Positions 27,083-32,000 of a DNA stretch of 32,000 nt are shown here, piece after piece. The notes under the pieces were generated by a model that saw nothing but the letters and a program-made list of their open reading frames with translations, made no database searches and was not told where the DNA came from. Position numbers and translations under genes: made by a program. The first letter of the stretch is position 1. Each line of letters opens with the position of its first letter. The stretch covers positions 88,560 to 120,559 of the forward strand of contig JBHLKY010000016.1 in the NCBI GenBank assembly GCA_048886185.1, read 5' to 3'. This DNA comes from Candidatus Hermodarchaeota archaeon (GTDB lineage: Archaea; Asgardarchaeota; Heimdallarchaeia; Hodarchaeales; Hodarchaeaceae).

Positions 27083-28999
27083 GTGAGAATCCCAGAAATC
27101 AAAGATCTTTGGGCTAAAGGAAAGTTCTCTGAAGCTTTGGACAAGATCGACAAGCTCAATGCTGAAGATAGACTAGAAGGGGAGATTTTAAAGGTTTTTT
27201 TTTGGTTAGTAAGCGGCCAAAGAACTCGGGAACGAGGGATTGAGTTTCTAGAGCGCGTCCAAAAAGAATACCGAGAAAAAGAAACAAAGATCCTCGAGGT
27301 AGCTGCGATAGCTATAAAGTTGGTTTATTTCTGGTGGGGGGGTTGGGATACTGAAAGAGGACACAAAGATCTTGATCGGGCAGAAGAACTTCTGGGATTG
27401 ATGACCAAGGAAGAACGTCAGGATGCTAGGCTTTGGGAAGCTATGCTTTTCTTGGCTAGAGGATTACTTTTCAGTGAGAGAGGGGAAATCGCTTTGGCTC
27501 TGGAGATTGAATTAGAAGGTATACAAATTCTTGAGGAAAGTGATGAGAGGTGGTTTCTCCCACCACTCTTGAATGATGCCGCATTTTATTATACAATCCT
27601 TGGGAAATTCAAAGAGGCAATGAAACTTCTGGCCAGGGGCTTAGACATCTCAGAGGAGCTGGAGTACAAATGGATTTTACACTATCTCCTCAATAAAATA
27701 GGTACCATTCATGATTTGAAAGGAGAACTTGATCTTGCACTTGAATTTCACCAACGAAGTCTAGAAATCGCTGAAGACTTAGACCTCAAGCGCGAACCAT
27801 CTTGGTGGGCTGTTGAGGTTGGTTCTATACATCTTCGAAAAGGGAGTCAGGAATTAGCTCACGATTATTTTAACAGGAGCTTGAAGGCAGCTGAGGAGCT
27901 TGGTGAACGGTCAAACATCGCTGAAATATTTCACTGGATTGGAACTGTTTATCGTGAAGTTGGTGAACTGGAAACCGCATTAAAATACTTCAACAAGAGC
28001 CTTGGCATCTTTCAGGAACTCGATCACAAACGAGGAGTCGTCTCAACAATGATTGGCATGGGATTATGTGCCAATCTCAAAGGAGAACCAACGGTTGCTA
28101 TCAGGCATCATAAAAAGGCACTAGCTTTAGCTGAAGAAATTGGTGAAAATTTAAACATTGGGTATTCAAGGTTCATGCTCGGTAAAAACTTCCAAATGAG
28201 TGGAGATCGTAAAAAAGCCCTCAAGCAATTTGTTCTAGCACGTCAGTTGTTTAGAGATAGTGAAAATAACTATCAAACTGCGATGGTCCTTTTTCAGCTG
28301 ATAATCTTGACCCTTGAAATGAGGCAAATCCAAGTAGCAAATGATTACCTGAAAGAATTGAAGGAGTTGAGCGGGAGGATGGGGCACAATGTGATGAAAC
28401 TTAGGGCTAAACTAGGAGAAGTGATGATTCAAAAACATAGCAAGGACATGTTCGAGATCGCACTATCTCTGAGAACAGTTCAGGAACTGGTTACAGAAGA
28501 GTATCTTCCTCAGGATCTAAAACAACTTACTCTACTCAATGCATGTGAACTACTACTAATAGAACTCAAGTTTATTGAGAAACCAGAATCTCTCCAAAAC
28601 CTACGTGAATATGTTAGCATGCTGAATGAAATCGCAAGACAACAGAACTCAAAATTCTTATTGGCGCAAACCCTAATCCTTCAATCCAAGCTGTCTCTCC
28701 TCGATCTAGACATTGAACAAGCTTTCAACCTCCTTGATCAAGCTGCGAATATTACTCAGGAGAAAGGACTCAAATCACTTTCTTACCAAGTTGTAAACGA
28801 ACAGAATTCTCTCAAAGCAGAAGTTGATAAGTGGTTATCAATTACGGAAAACAAATCTCCGCTTGTAGATCGTATTGAACAAGCTCGCATAAAAACTTAC
28901 CTCGAGGAAGCGATCAGTCTTGTTGCAAGTGTAGGGGTAAGAGACACAACCCTAAGTTCATCTACTAAAGGGCAAGGGGAACAAAATCCGCCAAAGTAA
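27083..28999 (+). CDS. Large TPR protein of the type expanded in Asgard genomes
   Basis: About 7 tandem TPR-like repeats (e.g. YLLNKIGTIHDLKGELDLALEFHQRSLEIAE) plus a helical C-terminal region. GTG start. Looks more GC-rich than the core genes by eye. Confidence 0.9.
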   Translation: MRIPEIKDLWAKGKFSEALDKIDKLNAEDRLEGEILKVFFWLVSGQRTRERGIEFLERVQKEYREKETKILEVAAIAIKLVYFWWGGWDTERGHKDLDRAEELLGLMTKEERQDARLWEAMLFLARGLLFSERGEIALALEIELEGIQILEESDERWFLPPLLNDAAFYYTILGKFKEAMKLLARGLDISEELEYKWILHYLLNKIGTIHDLKGELDLALEFHQRSLEIAEDLDLKREPSWWAVEVGSIHLRKGSQELAHDYFNRSLKAAEELGERSNIAEIFHWIGTVYREVGELETALKYFNKSLGIFQELDHKRGVVSTMIGMGLCANLKGEPTVAIRHHKKALALAEEIGENLNIGYSRFMLGKNFQMSGDRKKALKQFVLARQLFRDSENNYQTAMVLFQLIILTLEMRQIQVANDYLKELKELSGRMGHNVMKLRAKLGEVMIQKHSKDMFEIALSLRTVQELVTEEYLPQDLKQLTLLNACELLLIELKFIEKPESLQNLREYVSMLNEIARQQNSKFLLAQTLILQSKLSLLDLDIEQAFNLLDQAANITQEKGLKSLSYQVVNEQNSLKAEVDKWLSITENKSPLVDRIEQARIKTYLEEAISLVASVGVRDTTLSSSTKGQGEQNPPK

Positions 29000-29017
29000 T
29001 AAACAGCTTTAAATGAG

Positions 29018-29063
29018 GTATTTTATGTATGTTTCTCCGTAAGTACATTGACTATCAAACGTT
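29018..29063 (+). repeat. Degenerate partial repeat copy C
   Basis: GTATTTTATGTATGTTTCTCCGTAAGTACATTGACT-ATCAAACGTT aligns to the 3' part of copies A and B. It starts 19 nt after the TPR stop codon. Confidence 0.7.
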
Positions 29064-29137
29064 AGATTCGCGATTTATATAAAAACTGTTGATTATACAA
29101 AGGAAGAATTTGGATTAAACAGTTTGACTGAGGGTTA

Positions 29138-29216
29138 ATCCAGTTTGTAGGTTAACCAAAATCACATACTATTTTACATATGTTTTTACGTAAATAAATG
29201 GACTTATCCAACGTTC
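29138..29216 (+). repeat. Direct repeat copy B (79 bp)
   Basis: ATCCAGTTTGTAGGTTAACCAAAATCACATACTATTTTACATATGTTTTTACGTAAATAAATGGACTTATCCAACGTTC, compared with copy A. Confidence 0.9.
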
Positions 29217-29261
29217 TATGTCAATGTAAGGTCCAGTGGAAAAATTCAAAAGTAGGGGATT

Positions 29262-29672
29262 GTGAGACTAATTTATTACCTTGGATATGGAGAATATTTT
29301 CCTCCTGTGTCTATCATACGAATAATTTTGGCTTTCATAAAATTTTGAAGAGTCAAACGCCAGATTTTTTTTAAGCGTCTACAAAACAAGATTAATTTAC
29401 TCAACCAATTACAACAGAATGGAATTTGGTTGTTAGATGCGAGTATTGTAGCATTAGATAATCGTGGTCAAAAACCCAATGTTAATGATACCAATAAAAT
29501 CCTCAATTTATGTTGAGACAACCGTATTTCTAAGCTAATTACGCTTGAACAACCTGAAAAGCTAATTTTAATTGGTAAAGGATTAGAAAGGGCTCTAAAA
29601 AACAAGCTTGTTGATTTATCTTGTCCTTTTTATGTTCAACCATAACCTCAGGCTCGTTTATCTTCCACCTGA
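29262..29672 (+). pseudogene. 5'-truncated pseudogene of an uncharacterised family (possibly UDG-like fold)
   Basis: Fragments VRLIYYLGYGE, KRLQNKINLLNQLQQNGIWLLDASIVALDNRGQKP...ILNLC* and, after a frameshift, KLITLEQPEKLILIGKGLERALKNKL...VQP*PQARLSS. The order of YxLGYGE, GxWLxDAS, IGKG and QPxARL matches a family I recall, unverified. Confidence 0.7.
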
Positions 29673-29834
29673 AGTTACAACTGTACATCCTTTTTCGTGT
29701 AACCTTTGAATACCTCTCGTTAACAATGCTGAGTCTAATCCTTATAGTTGATGACTAGGCCGGACTCCCATGTAATTGATACTTCCCCTATGTTTTTGAT
29801 CTGGATTATTCACATCAAAAGCGAGAAAACCTCG
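29658..29834 (-). pseudogene. GNAT acetyltransferase pseudogene fragment
   Basis: Minus strand reads RGFLAFDVNNPDQKHRGSINYMGVRPSHQL*GLDSALLTRGIQRLHEKGCTVVT. This is GNAT motif A (I-x-x-x-GV-x-P-x-x-Q-x-[K]-G-x-G-x-ALL) with a TAA at the expected Lys/Arg. Motif B is missing. Confidence 0.8.
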
Positions 29835-30001
29835 TTAATTTGGAAAGGAAAACAACCAAAGTTTCAGTTCTTACAAACAAGTGAAATATCCTGATAAAAA
29901 GATGTTATATTAGAATAATGCTTTACATTATATTATTTTTCGATATTCGTTATGATAATTACTAAAGTTTGATTTTAAAAAACGTCAGGAAGAATCGAAA
30001 A

Positions 30002-30006
30002 AGGAG
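30002..30006 (+). promoter_or_regulatory. Shine-Dalgarno-like site for the multicopper oxidase
   Basis: AGGAG ends 8 nt before the ATG at 30015. Confidence 0.55.
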
Positions 30007-30014
30007 AATATTAA

Positions 30015-31958
30015 ATGATTCTAATAAAAAGAATAAAACAGTCAATAGTACCAATTCTATTAGTAGTAATGATTCTATATGTTGGAATACAGGCTAGTGT
30101 TGTTCAAGCAGCACCACCCATTGCACCAGGTCTTCTTGATCCACTAACAATTCCGCAATTTGTGAATCAATTAACTGGTCCCCCTCCAGTCTATGAGCCT
30201 ACAAATGTTTTTGATACAAGTGGAAATATTGTACAACAGGAAGTCACTGTGAGTATGACTAGTTTTTTACAACAAGTCTTACCCTTACCTTTTCCAATGA
30301 CACCTGTTTGGGGATATGGTGGTAATACACGTGATGCTTTAACTGGAGAATCTTTGGGGATGATCAGTAATCAACCAGGTCCGACTTTTGAAGCTGTTCG
30401 TGGTATCCCTCTTTATGTTACATATAAAAATGAAATCACAGCATCTCATCTATTCCCTGTAGATCCTACCCTTCATTGGGCCAATCCAAATAATATCCCC
30501 ATGGATAGTTATATGCCTCCATTTATGCCATTTCCTCCTGGATATGTTGAAGCTCAAGCACCCGTACCTTTAATCCCCCATCTTCATGGTGGAGAGGTGC
30601 AATCAACTTCAGATGGTCATCCAGAAGCATGGTTTACTGCTTCGGGAATCCAAGGAACAGCATACAACACTGAAGTCCCAACAGCCCCCTCATCAGCGGT
30701 CTTCTATTATCCCAATATGCAACCTGCAACCACCCTATGGTATCATGATCACGCTCTAGGTATCACACGAATTAATGTTATGTCTGGCTTAGCAGGATTT
30801 TATCTACTCCGTGATACTAACCCTAACACAGATCCAGTAGCATCACTCCTTCCCTCTGGTAAATACGAAATGCCACTAGTACTTCAAGACCGGACCTTCA
30901 ACACTGATGGTAGTTTTTGGTTCCCTGACGTAGGCATAGATCCTAATGTTCATCCTTATTGGCAACCTGAATTTTTTGGTAATGTTATCATGGTTAATGG
31001 ATTAGCATGGCCTAATATGAATGTTGATCAAGGGCAATACCGATTACGGCTCTTGGATGGATCAAATGCAAGATTCTACACCTTAAAATTTTGGGTTCCC
31101 TCTTTAAATCTATATCTCCCCTTCACCCAGATTGGGAGTGATGGAGGTTATCTTCAAACCGCAGTAAGTTTAACTGAATTGACTCTTGCTCCTGGTGAAC
31201 GAGCAGACATCCTTATTGATTTCTCTGGTTTACCAGTAGGAACCAAGATAATTATGAAAAATACTGCAAAAACACCATTCCCTAAAGGAGTTCCAGTAGA
31301 TCCTCAAACAGTTGGTAAGTGTATGCAGTTTACAGTTGGTTCCAATCCAGGATCTGCTCCTGCCAATTTACCAGTTTTATTGAATCCTACACTTTCAGGA
31401 ATTTATCCTACCTTACCGTTACCCGTTAAACAGCGCATTTTGCCACTTTTTGAGGTGATGGGCCCCCTTGGTCCTTTAATGGTTACCTTAAATGGACAGA
31501 CATGGTCTGCGGTGGTCACTGAAACTCCAACATTAGGAACAACGGAAGAATGGGTGATTGTAAACCCAACAGCGGATGCACATCCTATTCATCTTCACTT
31601 AACGCAGTTCCAAGTAATTAGTCGTCAGAAAATGCAGACATCTAAATATGCAGCTGATTGGATAGCCTTGAATGGTATGCCCCCGGTACCTGACGATGTG
31701 GTTCCCACAGAAATACCAATCGGACCTTATCTCAAAGGACAAGTTATAGCACCACCATTGAATGAACAAGGATGGAAAGATACAATTCAAGTATACCCAG
31801 GTGAAGTCACAATCATCCGTGTTAGGTTCGCACCTATTGATAACAGTGGTGATTATCCATTTGATGCGACCGTAGGACCAGGTTATGTTTGGCATTGTCA
31901 CATCCTAGATCATGAAGATAATGAAATGATGCGACCCTATATTGTTCAATCAGTATAA
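30015..31958 (+). CDS. Secreted three-domain multicopper oxidase (CotA/bilirubin-oxidase-like)
   Basis: All four Cu-binding motifs are intact: PHLHG, WYHDH, HPIHLH and WHCHILDHEDNEMM (axial Met). Signal peptide ends near VQA-AP. Confidence 0.95.
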   Translation: MILIKRIKQSIVPILLVVMILYVGIQASVVQAAPPIAPGLLDPLTIPQFVNQLTGPPPVYEPTNVFDTSGNIVQQEVTVSMTSFLQQVLPLPFPMTPVWGYGGNTRDALTGESLGMISNQPGPTFEAVRGIPLYVTYKNEITASHLFPVDPTLHWANPNNIPMDSYMPPFMPFPPGYVEAQAPVPLIPHLHGGEVQSTSDGHPEAWFTASGIQGTAYNTEVPTAPSSAVFYYPNMQPATTLWYHDHALGITRINVMSGLAGFYLLRDTNPNTDPVASLLPSGKYEMPLVLQDRTFNTDGSFWFPDVGIDPNVHPYWQPEFFGNVIMVNGLAWPNMNVDQGQYRLRLLDGSNARFYTLKFWVPSLNLYLPFTQIGSDGGYLQTAVSLTELTLAPGERADILIDFSGLPVGTKIIMKNTAKTPFPKGVPVDPQTVGKCMQFTVGSNPGSAPANLPVLLNPTLSGIYPTLPLPVKQRILPLFEVMGPLGPLMVTLNGQTWSAVVTETPTLGTTEEWVIVNPTADAHPIHLHLTQFQVISRQKMQTSKYAADWIALNGMPPVPDDVVPTEIPIGPYLKGQVIAPPLNEQGWKDTIQVYPGEVTIIRVRFAPIDNSGDYPFDATVGPGYVWHCHILDHEDNEMMRPYIVQSV

Positions 31959-31967
31959 TTGAAACAA

Positions 31968-32000
31968 GGATGGAAAGATGCCATCCATTCATTTTTTTTT
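31968..32000 (+). terminator. Hairpin plus oligo-T terminator downstream of the multicopper oxidase
   Basis: GGATGG-AAAGATG-CCATCC stem-loop followed by ATTCA and at least 9 T running to the window end. Confidence 0.7.

Noticed and set aside
26746-29216. Repeats A/B/C read as a CRISPR array or IS terminal repeats
   Set aside because: Too long, too few and irregularly spaced for CRISPR, with no cas genes. They are direct rather than inverted, and no transposase is present.
31599-31901. 100-aa ORF antisense to the multicopper oxidase
   Set aside because: Shadow ORF overlapping the Cu-ligand motifs of a clear gene.
1-32000. High share of TTG/GTG start codons
   Set aside because: Partly an effect of longest-ORF calling, since several genes have a nearby in-frame ATG. 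It cannot be treated as a finding without TSS or proteomic data.

Overview
AT-rich archaeal chromosomal segment. It most likely comes from an Asgard (Heimdallarchaeia/Hodarchaeales-like) genome; this is inferred from a Rab-like GTPase, several large TPR proteins, Zn-ribbon-tailed membrane proteins and frequent TTG/GTG starts. Bases 1-26,000 are densely coding. They carry housekeeping and envelope genes (dcd, adk, GT2, two GT4s, DHH, HAD, GNAT, a large surface protein) plus several eukaryote-like genes. The best candidate for something new is a tight minus-strand run: Rab-like GTPase, then a 293-aa orphan with ordered motif-level resemblance to kinetochore protein CENP-N/Chl4, then a membrane-anchored subtilase with the architecture of eukaryotic site-1 protease (S1P/MBTPS1). 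A second S1P-like paralog lies in a putative operon with an MGlcDAG-synthase-like GT4, and a DGlcDAG-synthase-like GT4 is nearby. Bases 26,000-30,000 form a decaying accessory patch: a TPR gene bracketed by a ~79-bp direct repeat with a palindromic core, and two or three pseudogenes missing from the ORF track. A CotA-like multicopper oxidase ends the window. I saw no rRNA, tRNA, CRISPR array or transposase. All homology calls are by-eye comparisons to remembered family motifs; no searches were run.
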